Part shown: piece by piece, positions 43,901 through 58,400 of the stretch
Position numbering within the stretch: position 1 is the first letter of the stretch
How the letters are laid out: every line of letters begins with the position of its first letter
From: Eledone cirrhosa
Lineage: Eukaryota
Length of the DNA: 64,000 nucleotides
Reading direction: 5' to 3'
Assembly: GCA_964016885.1 (NCBI GenBank)
Contig: OZ024744.1
Location: 20,274,001-20,338,000, forward strand
The notes under the pieces: generated by a model
Told to the model about the DNA's origin: nothing
The model's input: the letters and a program-made list of their open reading frames with translations, nothing else
Databases searched by the model: none
Made by a program: the position numbers and the translations under genes

Positions 43901-46890
43901 CAGTTCAACCTTAAGAACTGACTCGTTTTAACAACACTTTATTCTTCAAATAAAACTCGTTTTAACAACAGTTGAATCTTAAGAACTGACTCGTTTTAAC
44001 AACAGCTGATACTTAAGATAAAACTCGTTTTAACAACAGTTGAATCTTAAGAACTGACTCGTTTCATCAACAGTTCAACCTTAAGAACGGACTCGTTTTA
44101 ACAACAGTTGAATCTTCAAATAAAACTCGTTTTAACAACAGTTGAATCTTAAGAACTGACTCGTTTTAAGAACAGTTGAATGTTAAGATAAAACTCGTTT
44201 TAACAATAGTTGAATCTTAAGAACTGACTCGTTTTAACAACAGTTGAATCTTAAGATAAAACTCGTTTTAACAACAGTTGACTCTTAAGAACTGACTCGT
44301 TTTAACAACAGCTGAATCTTAAGATAAAACTCGTTTTAACAACAGTTGAATCTTATGAACTGACTCGTTTTATCAACAGTTCAACCTTAAGAACTGACTC
44401 GTTTTAACAACACTTTATTCTTCAAATAAAACTCGTTTTAACAACAGTTGAATCTTAAGAACTGACTCGTTTTAACAACAGTTGAAACTTAAGATAAAAC
44501 TCGTTTTAACAACAGTTGAATCTTAAGAACTGACTCGTTTTAACAACAGCTGATACTTAAGATAAAACTCGTTTTAACAACAGTTGAATCTTAACAACTG
44601 ACTCGTTTTAACAACAGTTCAACCTTAAGAACTGACTCGTTTTAACAACAGTTGAATCTTCAAATAAAACTCGATTTAACAACAGTTGAATCTTAAGAAC
44701 TGACTCGTTTTAACAACAGTTGAATCTTAAGATAAAACTTGTTTTAACAACAGTTGAATCTTAAGAACTGACTCGTTTTAACAACAGATGAATGTTCAAA
44801 TAAAAGTCGTTTTAACAACAGTTGAATCTTAAGAACTGACTCGTTTTAACAGCAGTTGAATGTTAAGATAAAACTCGTTTTAACAATAGTTGAATCTTAA
44901 GAACTGACTCGTTTTAACAACAGTTGAAACTTAAGAACTGACTCGTTTTAACAACAGCTGAATCTTAATATAAAACTCGTTTTAACAACAGTTGAATCTT
45001 AACAACTGACTCGTTTTAACAACAGTTCAACCTTAAGAACTGACTCGTTTTAACAACAGTTGAATCTTCAAATAAAACTCGATTTAACAACAGTTGAATC
45101 TTAAGAACTGACTCGTTTTAACAACAGTTGAATCTTAAGATAAAACTTGGTTTAACAACAGTTGAATCTTAAGAACTGACTCGTTTTAACAACAGATGAA
45201 TGTTCAAATAAAAGTCGTTTTAACAACAGTTGAATCTTAAGAACTGACTCGTTTTAACAGCAGTTGAATGTTAAGATGAAACTCGTTTTAACAATAGTTG
45301 AATCTTAAGAACTGACTCGTTTTAACAACAGTTGAAACTTAAGAACTGACTCGTTTTAACAACAGCTGAATCTTAATATAAAACTCGTTTTAACAACAGT
45401 TCAAACTTAAGAAATGATTCGTTTTAACAACAGTTGAATCTTATGAACTGACTCATTTTAACAACAGTTGAATCTTAAGATAACATTCGTTTTAACAACA
45501 GTTGAATCTTAAGAACTGATTCGTTTTAACAGCAGTTGAATCTTAAGATAAAACTCGTTTTAACAACAGTTGAATCTTCAAATAAAACTCGTTTTAACAA
45601 CAGTTGAATCTTAAGAACTGACTCGTTTTAACAACAGTTGAATCTTAAGATAAAATTCGTTTTAACAACAGTTGAATCTTAAGAACTGATTCGTTTTAAC
45701 AACAGTTCAAACTTAAGAACTGACTCGTTTTAACAACAGTTGAATCTTATGAACTGACCCATTTTAACAACAGTTGAATCTTAAGATAACATTCGTTTTA
45801 ACAACAGTTGAATCTTAAGAACTGACTCGTTTTAACAGCAGTTGAATCTTAAGATAAAACTCTTTTTAACAACAGTTGAATCTTAAGAACTGACTCGTCT
45901 TAACAACAGCTGAATCTTAAGATAAAACTCGTTTTAACAACAGTTGAATCTTAAGAACTGACTCGATTTATCAACAGTTCAACCTTAAGGACTGACTCGC
46001 TTTAACAACAGTTGAATCTTCAAATAAAACTCGTTTTAACAACAGTTGAATCTTAAGAACTGACTCGTTTTAACAACAGTTCAAACTTAAGAACTGACTC
46101 GTTTTAACAACAGTTGAATCTTATGAACTGACTCATTTTAACGACAGTTGAATCTTAAGATAACATTCGTTTTAACAACAGTTGAATCTTAAGAACTGAC
46201 TCGTTTTAACAACAGTTGAATCTTAAAGATAACACTCGTTTTAACAACAGTTGAATCTTAAGAACTGACACGTTTCATCAACAATTCAACCTTAAGAACT
46301 GACTCGTTTTAACAACAGTTCAATCTTCAAATAAAACTCGTTTTATCAACAGTTGAATCTTAAGAACTGACTCGTTTTAACAACAGTTCAACCTTAAGAA
46401 CTGACTCGTTTGACAACAGTTGAATCTTCAAATAAAAGTCGTTTTAACAACAGTTGAAACTTAAGAACCGACTCGTTTTAACAACATTTGAATCTTAAGA
46501 TAAAACTCGTTTTAACAACAATTGAATCTTAAGAACTGACTCGTTTTAACAACAGTTGAATGTTAAGATAAAACTCGTTTTAACAATAGTTGAATCTTAA
46601 GAACTGACTCGTTTAACAACAGTTGAATCTTAAGATAAAACTCGTTTTAACAACAGTTGAATCTTAAGAACTGACTCGTTTCATCAACAGTTCAACCTTA
46701 AGAACGGACTCGTTTTAACAACAGTTGAATCTTCAAGTAAAACTCGTTTTAACAACAGTTGAATCTTAAGAACTGACTCGTTTTAAGAACAGTTGAATGT
46801 TAAGATAAAACTCGTTTTAACAATAGTTGAATCTTAAGAACTGACTCGTTTTAACAACAGTTGAATCTTAAGATAAAACTCGTTTTAACA
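40980..46890. repeat. Tandem higher-order duplication, period 3025 bp (89 monomers)
   Basis: Markers at offset 3025: AGTTGACTCT 41251/44276, TATTCTT 41391/44416, CTTGGTTT 42121/45146, GACCCATT 42731/45756, CGTTTGAC 43382/46407. Confidence 0.85.
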
Positions 46891-47145
46891 ACAGTTGAAT
46901 CTTAAGAACTGACTCGTTTTAACAACAGCTGAATCTTAAGATAAAACTCGTTTTAACAACAGTTGAATCTTATGAACTGACTCGTTTTATCAACAGTTCA
47001 ACCTTAAGAACTGACTCGTTTTAACAACACTTTATTCTTCAAATAAAACTCGTTTTAACAACAGTTGAATCTTAAGAACTGACTCGTTTTAACAACAGTT
47101 GAAACTTAAGATAAAACTCGTTTTAACAACAGTTGAATCTTAAGA

Positions 47146-50100
47146 ACTGACTCGTTTTAACAACAGCTGATACTTAAGATAAAACTCGTTTTAACAACAG
47201 TTGAATCTTAACAACTGACTCGTTTTAACAACAGTTCAACCTTAAGAACTGACTCGTTTTAACAACAGTTGAATCTTCAAATAAAACTCGATTTAACAAC
47301 GGTTGAATCTTAAGAACTGACTCGTTTTAACAACAGTTGAATCTTAAGATAAAACTTGTTTTAACAACAGTTGAATCTTAAGAACTGACTCGTTTTAACA
47401 ACAGATGAATGTTCAAATAAAAGTCGTTTTAACAACAGTTGAATCTTAAGAACTGACTCGTTTTAACAGCAGTTGAATGTTAAGATAAAACTCGTTTTAA
47501 CAATAGTTGAATCTTAAGAACTGACTCGTTTTAACAACAGTTGAAACTTAAGAACTGACTCGTTTTAACAACAGCTGAATCTTAATATAAAACTCGTTTT
47601 AACAACAGTTCAAACTTAAGAAATGATTCGTTTTAACAACAGTTGAATCTTATGAACTGACTCATTTTAACAACAGTTGAATCTTAAGATAACATTCGTT
47701 TTAACAACAGTTGAATCTTAAGAACTGATTCGTTTTAACAGCAGTTGAATCTTAAGATAAAACTCGTTTTAACAACAGTTGAATCTTAATAACTGACTCG
47801 TTTTAACAACAGCTGAATCTTAAGATAAAACTCGTTTTAACAACAGTTGAATCTTAAGAACTGACTCGATTTATCAACAGTTCAACCTTAAGGACTGACT
47901 CGTTTTAAAACAGTTGAATCTTCAAATAAAACTCGTTTTAACAACAGTTGAATCTTAAGAACTGACTCGTTTTAACAACAGTTGAATCTGAAGATAAAAT
48001 TCGTTTTAACAACACTTGAATCTTAAGAACTGACTCGTTTTAACAACAGTTGAATCTTCAAATAAAACTCGATTTAACAACAGTTGAATCTTAAGAACTG
48101 ACTCGTTTTAACAACAGTTGAATCTTAAGATAAAACTTGTTTTAACAACAGTTGAATCTTAAGAACTGACTCGTTTTAACGACAGCTGAATCTTAAGATA
48201 AAACTCGTTTTAACAACAGTTGAATCTTAAGAACTGACTCGTTTTATCAACAGTTCAACCTTAAGAACTGACTCGTTTTAACAACAGTTGAATCATCAAA
48301 TCAAACTCGTTCTAACAACAGTTGAATCTTAAGGACTGACTCGTTTTAACAACAGTCGAATCTTAAGATAAAACTCGTTTTAACAACAGTTGAATCTTAA
48401 GAACTGACTAATTTTAACAACAGTTGAATCTTAAGATAAAACTCGTTTTAACAACAGTTGAATCTTAAGAACTGACTCGTTTAAACAACAGCTGAATCTT
48501 AAGATACAACTCGTTTTAACAACAGTTGAATCTTAAGAACTGACTCGTTTTAACAACAGTTCAACCTTAAGAGCTGACTCGTTTAACATCAGTTGAATCT
48601 TCAAATAAAACTCGTTTTAACAACAGTTGAAACTTAAGAACTGACTCGTTTTAACAACAGTTGAATGTTAAGATAAAACTCGTTTTAACAATAGTTGAAT
48701 CTTAAGAACTGACTCGTTTTAACAACAGTTGAATCTTAAGATAAAACTCGTTTTTACAACTGTTGAATCTTAAGAACTGACTCATTTTAACAACAGCTGA
48801 ATCTTAAGATAAAACTCGTTTTAACAACAGTTGAATCTTAAGAACTGACTCGCTTTAACAACAGTTGAATCTTCAAATAAAACTCGTTTTAACAACAGTT
48901 GAATCTTAAGAACTGACTCGTTTTAACAACAGTTCAAACTTAAGAACTGACTCGTTTTAACAACAGTTGAATCTTATGAACTGACTCATTTTAACGACAG
49001 TTGAATCTTAAGATAACATTCGTTTTAACAACAGTTGAATCTTAAGAACTGACTCGTTTTAACAACAGTTGAATCTTAAAGATAACACTCGTTTTAACAA
49101 CAGTTGAATCTTAAGAACTGACACGTTTCATCAACAATTCAACCTTAAGAACTGACTCGTTTTAACAACAGTTCAATCTTCAAATAAAACTCGTTTTATC
49201 AACAGTTGAATCTTAAGAACTGACTCGTTTTAACAACAGTTCAACCTTAAGAACTGACTCGTTTGACAACAGTTGAATCTTCAAATAAAAGTCGTTTTAA
49301 CAACAGTTGAAACTTAAGAACCGACTCGTTTTAACAACATTTGAATCTTAAGATAAAACTCGTTTTAACAACAATTGAATCTTAAGAACTGACTCGTTTT
49401 AACAACAGTTGAATGTTAAGATAAAACTCGTTTTAACAATAGTTGAATCTTAAGAACTGACTCGTTTAACAACAGTTGAATCTTAAGATAAAACTCGTTT
49501 TAACAACAGTTGAATCTTAAGAACTGACTCGTTTCATCAACAGTTCAACCTTAAGAACGGACTCGTTTTAACAACAGTTGAATCTTCAAGTAAAACTCGT
49601 TTTAACAACAGTTGAATCTTAAGAACTGACTCGTTTTAAGAACAGTTGAATGTTAAGATAAAACTCGTTTTAACAATAGTTGAATCTTAAGAACTGACTC
49701 GTTTTAACAACAGTTGAATCTTAAGATAAAACTCGTTTTAACAACAGTTGAATCTTAAGAACTGACTCGTTTTAACAACAGCTGAATCTTAAGATAAAAC
49801 TCGTTTTAACAACAGTTGAATCTTATGAACTGACTCGTTTTATCAACAGTTCAACCTTAAGAACTGACTCGTTTTAACAACACTTTATTCTTCAAATAAA
49901 ACTCGTTTTAACAACAGTTGAATCTTAAGAACTGACTCGTTTTAACAACAGTTGAAACTTAAGATAAAACTCGTTTTAACAACAGTTGAATCTTAAGAAC
50001 TGACTCGTTTTAACAACAGCTGATACTTAAGATAAAACTCGTTTTAACAACAGTTGAATCTTAACAACTGACTCGTTTTAACAACAGTTCAACCTTAAGA

Positions 50101-53100
50101 ACTGACTCGTTTTAACAACAGTTGAATCTTCAAATAAAACTCGATTTAACAACAGTTGAATCTTAAGAACTGACTCGTTTTAACAACAGTTGAATCTTAA
50201 GATAAAACTTGTTTTAACAACAGTTGAATCTTAAGAACTGACTCGTTTTAACAACAGATGAATGTTCAAATAAAAGTCGTTTTAACAACAGTTGAATCTT
50301 AAGAACTGACTCGTTTTAACAACAGATGAATGTTCAAATAAAAGTCGTTTTAACAACAGTTGAATCTTAAGAACTGACTCGTTTTAACAGCAGTTGAATG
50401 TTAAGATAAAACTCGTTTTAACAATAGTTGAATCTTAAGAACTGACTCGTTTTAACAACAGTTGAAACTTAAGAACTGACTCGTTTTAACAACAGCTGAA
50501 TCTTAATATAAAACTCGTTTTAACAACAGTTCAAACTTAAGAAATGATTCGTTTTAACAACAGTTGAATCTTATGAACTGACTCATTTTAACAACAGTTG
50601 AATCTTAAGATAACATTCGTTTTAACAACAGTTGAATCTTAAGAACTGATTCGTTTTAACAGCAGTTGAATCTTAAGATAAAACTCGTTTTAACAACAGT
50701 TGAATCTTAATAACTGACTCGTTTTAACAACAGCTGAATCTTAAGATAAAACTCGTTTTAACAACAGTTGAATCTTAAGAACTGACTCGATTTATCAACA
50801 GTTCAACCTTAAGGACTGACTCGTTTTAAAACAGTTGAATCTTCAAATAAAACTCGTTTTAACAACAGTTGAATCTTAAGAACTGACTCGTTTTAACAAC
50901 AGTTGAATCTGAAGATAAAATTCGTTTTAACAACACTTGAATCTTAAGAACTGACTCGTTTTAACAACAGTTGAATCTTCAAATAAAACTCGATTTAACA
51001 ACAGTTGAATCTTAAGAACTGACTCGTTTTAACAACAGTTGAATCTTAAGATAAAACTTGTTTTAACAACAGTTGAATCTTAAGAACTGACTCGTTTTAA
51101 CGACAGCTGAATCTTAAGATAAAACTCGTTTTAACAACAGTTGAATCTTAAGAACTGACTCGTTTTATCAACAGTTCAACCTTAAGAACTGACTCGTTTT
51201 AACAACAGTTGAATCATCAAATCAAACTCGTTCTAACAACAGTTGAATCTTAAGGACTGACTCGTTTTAACAACAGTCGAATCTTAAGAACTGACTCGTT
51301 TTAACAACAGCTGATACTTAAGATAAAACTCGTTTTAACAACAGTTGAATCTTAACAACTGACTCGTTTTAACAACAGTTCAACCTTAAGAACTGACTCG
51401 TTTTAACAACAGTTGAATCTTCAAATAAAACTCGATTTAACAACGGTTGAATCTTAAGAACTGACTCGTTTTAACAACAGTTGAATCTTAAGATAAAACT
51501 TGTTTTAACAACAGTTGAATCTTAAGAACTGACTCGTTTTAACAACAGATGAATGTTCAAATAAAAGTCGTTTTAACAACAGTTGAATCTTAAGAACTGA
51601 CTCGTTTTAACAGCAGTTGAATGTTAAGATAAAACTCGTTTTAACAATAGTTGAATCTTAAGAACTGACTCGTTTTAACAACAGTTGAAACTTAAGAACT
51701 GACTCGTTTTAACAACAGCTGAATCTTAATATAAAACTCGTTTTAACAACAGTTCAAACTTAAGAAATGATTCGTTTTAACAACAGTTGAATCTTATGAA
51801 CTGACTCATTTTAACAACAGTTGAATCTTAAGATAACATTCGTTTTAACAACAGTTGAATCTTAAGAACTGATTCGTTTTAACAGCAGTTGAATCTTAAG
51901 ATAAAACTCGTTTTAACAACAGTTGAATCTTAATAACTGACTCGTTTTAACAACAGCTGAATCTTAAGATAAAACTCGTTTTAACAACAGTTGAATCTTA
52001 AGAACTGACTCGATTTATCAACAGTTCAACCTTAAGGACTGACTCGTTTTAAAACAGTTGAATCTTCAAATAAAACTCGTTTTAACAACAGTTGAATCTT
52101 AAGAACTGACTCGTTTTAACAACAGTTGAATCTGAAGATAAAATTCGTTTTAACAACACTTGAATCTTAAGAACTGACTCGTTTTAACAACAGTTGAATC
52201 TTCAAATAAAACTCGATTTAACAACAGTTGAATCTTAAGAACTGACTCGTTTTAACAACAGTTGAATCTTAAGATAAAACTTGTTTTAACAACAGTTGAA
52301 TCTTAAGAACTGACTCGTTTTAACGACAGCTGAATCTTAAGATAAAACTCGTTTTAACAACAGTTGAATCTTAAGAACTGACTCGTTTTATCAACAGTTC
52401 AACCTTAAGAACTGACTCGTTTTAACAACAGTTGAATCATCAAATCAAACTCGTTCTAACAACAGTTGAATCTTAAGGACTGACTCGTTTTAACAACAGT
52501 CGAATCTTAAGATAAAACTCGTTTTAACAACAGTTGAATCTTAAGAACTGACTAATTTTAACAACAGTTGAATCTTAAGATAAAACTCGTTTTAACAACA
52601 GTTGAATCTTAAGAACTGACTCGTTTAAACAACAGCTGAATCTTAAGATACAACTCGTTTTAACAACAGTTGAATCTTAAGAACTGACTCGTTTTAACAA
52701 CAGTTCAACCTTAAGAGCTGACTCGTTTAACATCAGTTGAATCTTCAAATAAAACTCGTTTTAACAACAGTTGAAACTTAAGAACTGACTCGTTTTAACA
52801 ACAGTTGAATGTTAAGATAAAACTCGTTTTAACAATAGTTGAATCTTAAGAACTGACTCGTTTTAACAACAGTTGAATCTTAAGATAAAACTCGTTTTTA
52901 CAACTGTTGAATCTTAAGAACTGACTCATTTTAACAACAGCTGAATCTTAAGATAAAACTCGTTTTAACAACAGTTGAATCTTAAGAACTGACTCGCTTT
53001 AACAACAGTTGAATCTTCAAATAAAACTCGTTTTAACAACAGTTGAATCTTAAGAACTGACTCGTTTTAACAACAGTTCAAACTTAAGAACTGACTCGTT

Positions 53101-55433
53101 TTAACAACAGTTGAATCTTATGAACTGACTCATTTTAACGACAGTTGAATCTTAAGATAACATTCGTTTTAACAACAGTTGAATCTTAAGAACTGACTCG
53201 TTTTAACAACAGTTGAATCTTAAAGATAACACTCGTTTTAACAACAGTTGAATCTTAAGAACTGACACGTTTCATCAACAATTCAACCTTAAGAACTGAC
53301 TCGTTTTAACAACAGTTCAATCTTCAAATAAAACTCGTTTTATCAACAGTTGAATCTTAAGAACTGACTCGTTTTAACAACAGTTCAACCTTAAGAACTG
53401 ACTCGTTTGACAACAGTTGAATCTTCAAATAAAAGTCGTTTTAACAACAGTTGAAACTTAAGAACCGACTCGTTTTAACAACATTTGAATCTTAAGATAA
53501 AACTCGTTTTAACAACAATTGAATCTTAAGAACTGACTCGTTTTAACAACAGTTGAATGTTAAGATAAAACTCGTTTTAACAATAGTTGAATCTTAAGAA
53601 CTGACTCGTTTAACAACAGTTGAATCTTAAGATAAAACTCGTTTTAACAACAGTTGAATCTTAAGAACTGACTCGTTTCATCAACAGTTCAACCTTAAGA
53701 ACGGACTCGTTTTAACAACAGTTGAATCTTCAAGTAAAACTCGTTTTAACAACAGTTGAATCTTAAGAACTGACTCGTTTTAAGAACAGTTGAATGTTAA
53801 GATAAAACTCGTTTTAACAATAGTTGAATCTTAAGAACTGACTCGTTTTAACAACAGTTGAATCTTAAGATAAAACTCGTTTTAACAACAGTTGAATCTT
53901 AAGAACTGACTCGTTTTAACAACAGCTGAATCTTAAGATAAAACTCGTTTTAACAACAGTTGAATCTTATGAACTGACTCGTTTTATCAACAGTTCAACC
54001 TTAAGAACTGACTCGTTTTAACAACACTTTATTCTTCAAATAAAACTCGTTTTAACAACAGTTGAATCTTAAGAACTGACTCGTTTTAACAACAGTTGAA
54101 ACTTAAGATAAAACTCGTTTTAACAACAGTTGAATCTTAAGAACTGACTCGTTTTAACAACAGCTGATACTTAAGATAAAACTCGTTTTAACAACAGTTG
54201 AATCTTAACAACTGACTCGTTTTAACAACAGTTCAACCTTAAGAACTGACTCGTTTTAACAACAGTTGAATCTTCAAATAAAACTCGATTTAACAACAGT
54301 TGAATCTTAAGAACTGACTCGTTTTAACAACAGTTGAATCTTAAGATAAAACTTGTTTTAACAACAGTTGAATCTTAAGAACTGACTCGTTTTAACAACA
54401 GATGAATGTTCAAATAAAAGTCGTTTTAACAACAGTTGAATCTTAAGAACTGACTCGTTTTAACAACAGATGAATGTTCAAATAAAAGTCGTTTTAACAA
54501 CAGTTGAATCTTAAGAACTGACTCGTTTTAACAGCAGTTGAATGTTAAGATAAAACTCGTTTTAACAATAGTTGAATCTTAAGAACTGACTCGTTTTAAC
54601 AACAGTTGAAACTTAAGAACTGACTCGTTTTAACAACAGCTGAATCTTAATATAAAACTCGTTTTAACAACAGTTCAAACTTAAGAAATGATTCGTTTTA
54701 ACAACAGTTGAATCTTATGAACTGACTCATTTTAACAACAGTTGAATCTTAAGATAACATTCGTTTTAACAACAGTTGAATCTTAAGAACTGATTCGTTT
54801 TAACAGCAGTTGAATCTTAAGATAAAACTCGTTTTAACAACAGTTGAATCTTAATAACTGACTCGTTTTAACAACAGCTGAATCTTAAGATAAAACTCGT
54901 TTTAACAACAGTTGAATCTTAAGAACTGACTCGATTTATCAACAGTTCAACCTTAAGGACTGACTCGTTTTAAAACAGTTGAATCTTCAAATAAAACTCG
55001 TTTTAACAACAGTTGAATCTTAAGAACTGACTCGTTTTAACAACAGTTGAATCTGAAGATAAAATTCGTTTTAACAACACTTGAATCTTAAGAACTGACT
55101 CGTTTTAACAACAGTTGAATCTTCAAATAAAACTCGATTTAACAACAGTTGAATCTTAAGAACTGACTCGTTTTAACAACAGTTGAATCTTAAGATAAAA
55201 CTTGTTTTAACAACAGTTGAATCTTAAGAACTGACTCGTTTTAACGACAGCTGAATCTTAAGATAAAACTCGTTTTAACAACAGTTGAATCTTAAGAACT
55301 GACTCGTTTTATCAACAGTTCAACCTTAAGAACTGACTCGTTTTAACAACAGTTGAATCATCAAATCAAACTCGTTCTAACAACAGTTGAATCTTAAGGA
55401 CTGACTCGTTTTAACAACAGTCGAATCTTAAGA
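47146..55433. repeat. Tandem higher-order duplication, period 4144 bp (122 monomers), two copies with junction at ~51290
   Basis: Markers at offset 4144: CAACGGTTG 47301/51445, GACTAATTTT 48408/52552, TTTTTACAACTG 48751/52895, TATTCTT 49886/54030, doubled GATGAATGTTC 50257/54401, GTCGAATC 51277/55421. Confidence 0.88.
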
Positions 55434-58400
55434 TAAAACTCGTTTTAACAACAGTTGAATCTTAAGAACTGACTAATTTTAACAACAGTTGAATCTTAAG
55501 ATAAAACTCGTTTTAACAACAGTTGAATCTTAAGAACTGACTCGTTTAAACAACAGCTGAATCTTAAGATACAACTCGTTTTAACAACAGTTGAATCTTA
55601 AGAACTGACTCGTTTTAACAACAGTTCAACCTTAAGAGCTGACTCGTTTAACATCAGTTGAATCTTCAAATAAAACTCGTTTTAACAACAGTTGAAACTT
55701 AAGAACTGACTCGTTTTAACAACAGTTGAATGTTAAGATAAAACTCGTTTTAACAATAGTTGAATCTTAAGAACTGACTCGTTTTAACAACAGTTGAATC
55801 TTAAGATAAAACTCGTTTTTACAACTGTTGAATCTTAAGAACTGACTCGTTTTAACAACAGCTGAATCTTAAGATAAAACTCGTTTTAACAACAGTTGAA
55901 TCTTAAGAACTGACTCGTTTTAACAACAGTTGAATCTTCAAATAAAACTCGTTTTAACAACAGTTGAATCTTAAGAACTGACTCGTTTTAACAACAGTTG
56001 AATGTTAAGATAAAACTCGTTTTAACAATAGTTGAATCTTAAGAACTGACTCGTTTTAACAACAGCTGAATCTTAATATAAAACTCGTTTTAACAACAGT
56101 TCAAACTTAAGAAATGACTCGTTTTAACAACAGTTGAATCTTATGAACTGACTCATTTTAACAACAGTTGAATCTTAAGATAACATTCGTTTTAACAACA
56201 GTCGAATCTTAAGAAGTGATTCGTTTTAACAGCAGTTGAATCTTAAGATAAAACTCGTTTTAACAACAGTTGAATCTTAAGAACTGACTCGTTTTAACAA
56301 CAGCTGAATCTTAAGATAAAACTCGTTTTAACAACATTTGAATCTTAAGAACTGACTCGATTTATCAACAGTTCGACCTTAAGAAGTGACTCGTTTTAAC
56401 AACAGTTGAATCTTCAATTAAAACTCGTTTTAACAACAGTTGAATCTGAAGATAAAATTCGTTTTAACAACAGTTGAATCTTAAGAACTGATTCGTTTTA
56501 ACAACAGTTCAAACTTAAGAACTGACTCGTTTTAACAACTGTTGAATCTTATGAACTGACTCATTTTAACAACAGTTGAATCTTAAGATAACATTCGTTT
56601 TAACAACAGTTGAATCTTAAGAACTGACTCGTTTTAACAACAGTTGAATCTTAAAGATAAAACTCGTTTTAACAACAGTTGAATCTTAAGAACTGACTCG
56701 GTTCATCAACAATTCAACCTTAAGAACTGACTCGTTTTAACAACAGTTCAATCTTCAAATAAAACTCGTTTTAACAACAGTTGAATCTTAAGAACTGACT
56801 CGTTTTAACAACAGTTGAATCTTCAATTACAACTCGTTTTAACAACAGTTGAATCTTAAGAACTGACTCGTTTTAACAACATTTGAATCTTAAGATAAAA
56901 CTCATTTTAACAACAATTGAATCTTAAGAACTGACTCGTTTTAACAACAGTTGAATGTTAAGATAAAACTCGTTTTAACAATAGTTGAATCTTAAGAACT
57001 CACTCGTTTTAACAACAGTTGAATCTTAAGATAAAACTCGTTTTAACAACAGTTGAATCTTATGAACTGACTCGTTTTATCAACAGTTCAACCTTAAGAA
57101 CTGATTCGTTTTAACAACACTTGAATCTTCAAATAAAACTCGTTTTAATAACAGTTGAATCTTAAGAACTGACTCGTTTTAACAACAGCTGAATCTTAAG
57201 ATAAAACTCGTTTTAACAACAGTTGAATCTTAAGAACTGACTCGTTTTAACAACAGCTGATACTTAAGATAAAACTCGTTTTAACAACAGTTGAATCTTA
57301 ACAACTGACTCGTTTTAACAACAGTTCAACCTTAAGAAGTGACTCGTTTTAACAACAGTTGAATCTTCAAATAAAACTCGATTTAACAACAGTTGAATCT
57401 TAAGAACTGACTCGTTTTAACAACAGTTGAATCTTAAGATAAAACGTGTTTTAACAACAGTTGAATGTTAAGAACTGACTCGTTTTAACGACAGCTGAAT
57501 CTTAAGAACTGACTCGTTTTAACAACAGTTGAATCATCAAATCAAACTCGTTCTAACAACAGTTGAATCTTAAGAACTGACTCGTTTTAACAACAGTTGA
57601 ATCTTAAGACAAAACTCGTTTTAACAACAGTTGAATCTTAAGAACTGACTCGTTTTAACAACAGCTGAATCTTAAGATACAACTCGTTTTAACAACAGTT
57701 CAACCTTAAGAGCTGACTCGTTTAACATCAGTTGAATCTTCAAATAAAACTCGTTTTAACAACAGTTGAAACTTAAGAACTGACTCGTTTTAACAACAGT
57801 TGAATGTTAAGAGAAAACTCGTTTTAACAATAGTTGAATCTTAAGAACTGACTCGTTTTAACAACAGTTGAATCTTAAGATAAAACTCGTTTTAACAACT
57901 GTTGAATCTTAAGAACTGACTCGTTTTAACAACAGCTGAATCTTAAGATAAAACTCGTTTTAACAACAGTTGAATCTTAAGAACTGACTCGTTTTAACAA
58001 CAGATGAATCTTCAAATAAAAGTCGTTTTAACAACAGTTGAATCTTAAGAACTGACTCGTTTTAATAGCAGTTGAATGTTAAGATAAAACTCGTTTTAAC
58101 AATAGTTGAATCTTAAGAACTGACTCGTTTTAACAACAGTTGAAACTTAAGAACTGACTCGTTTTAACAACAGCTGAATCTTAATATAAAACTCGTTTTA
58201 ACAACAGTTCAAACATAAGAAATGATTCGTTTTAACAACAGTTGAATCTTAAGAACTGATTCGTTTTAACAGCAGTTGAATCTTAAGATAAAACTCGTTT
58301 TAACAACAGTTGAATCTTAATAACTGACTCGTTTTAACAACAGCTGAATCTTAAGATAAAACTCGTTTTAACAACAGTTGAATCTTATGAACTGACTCGT

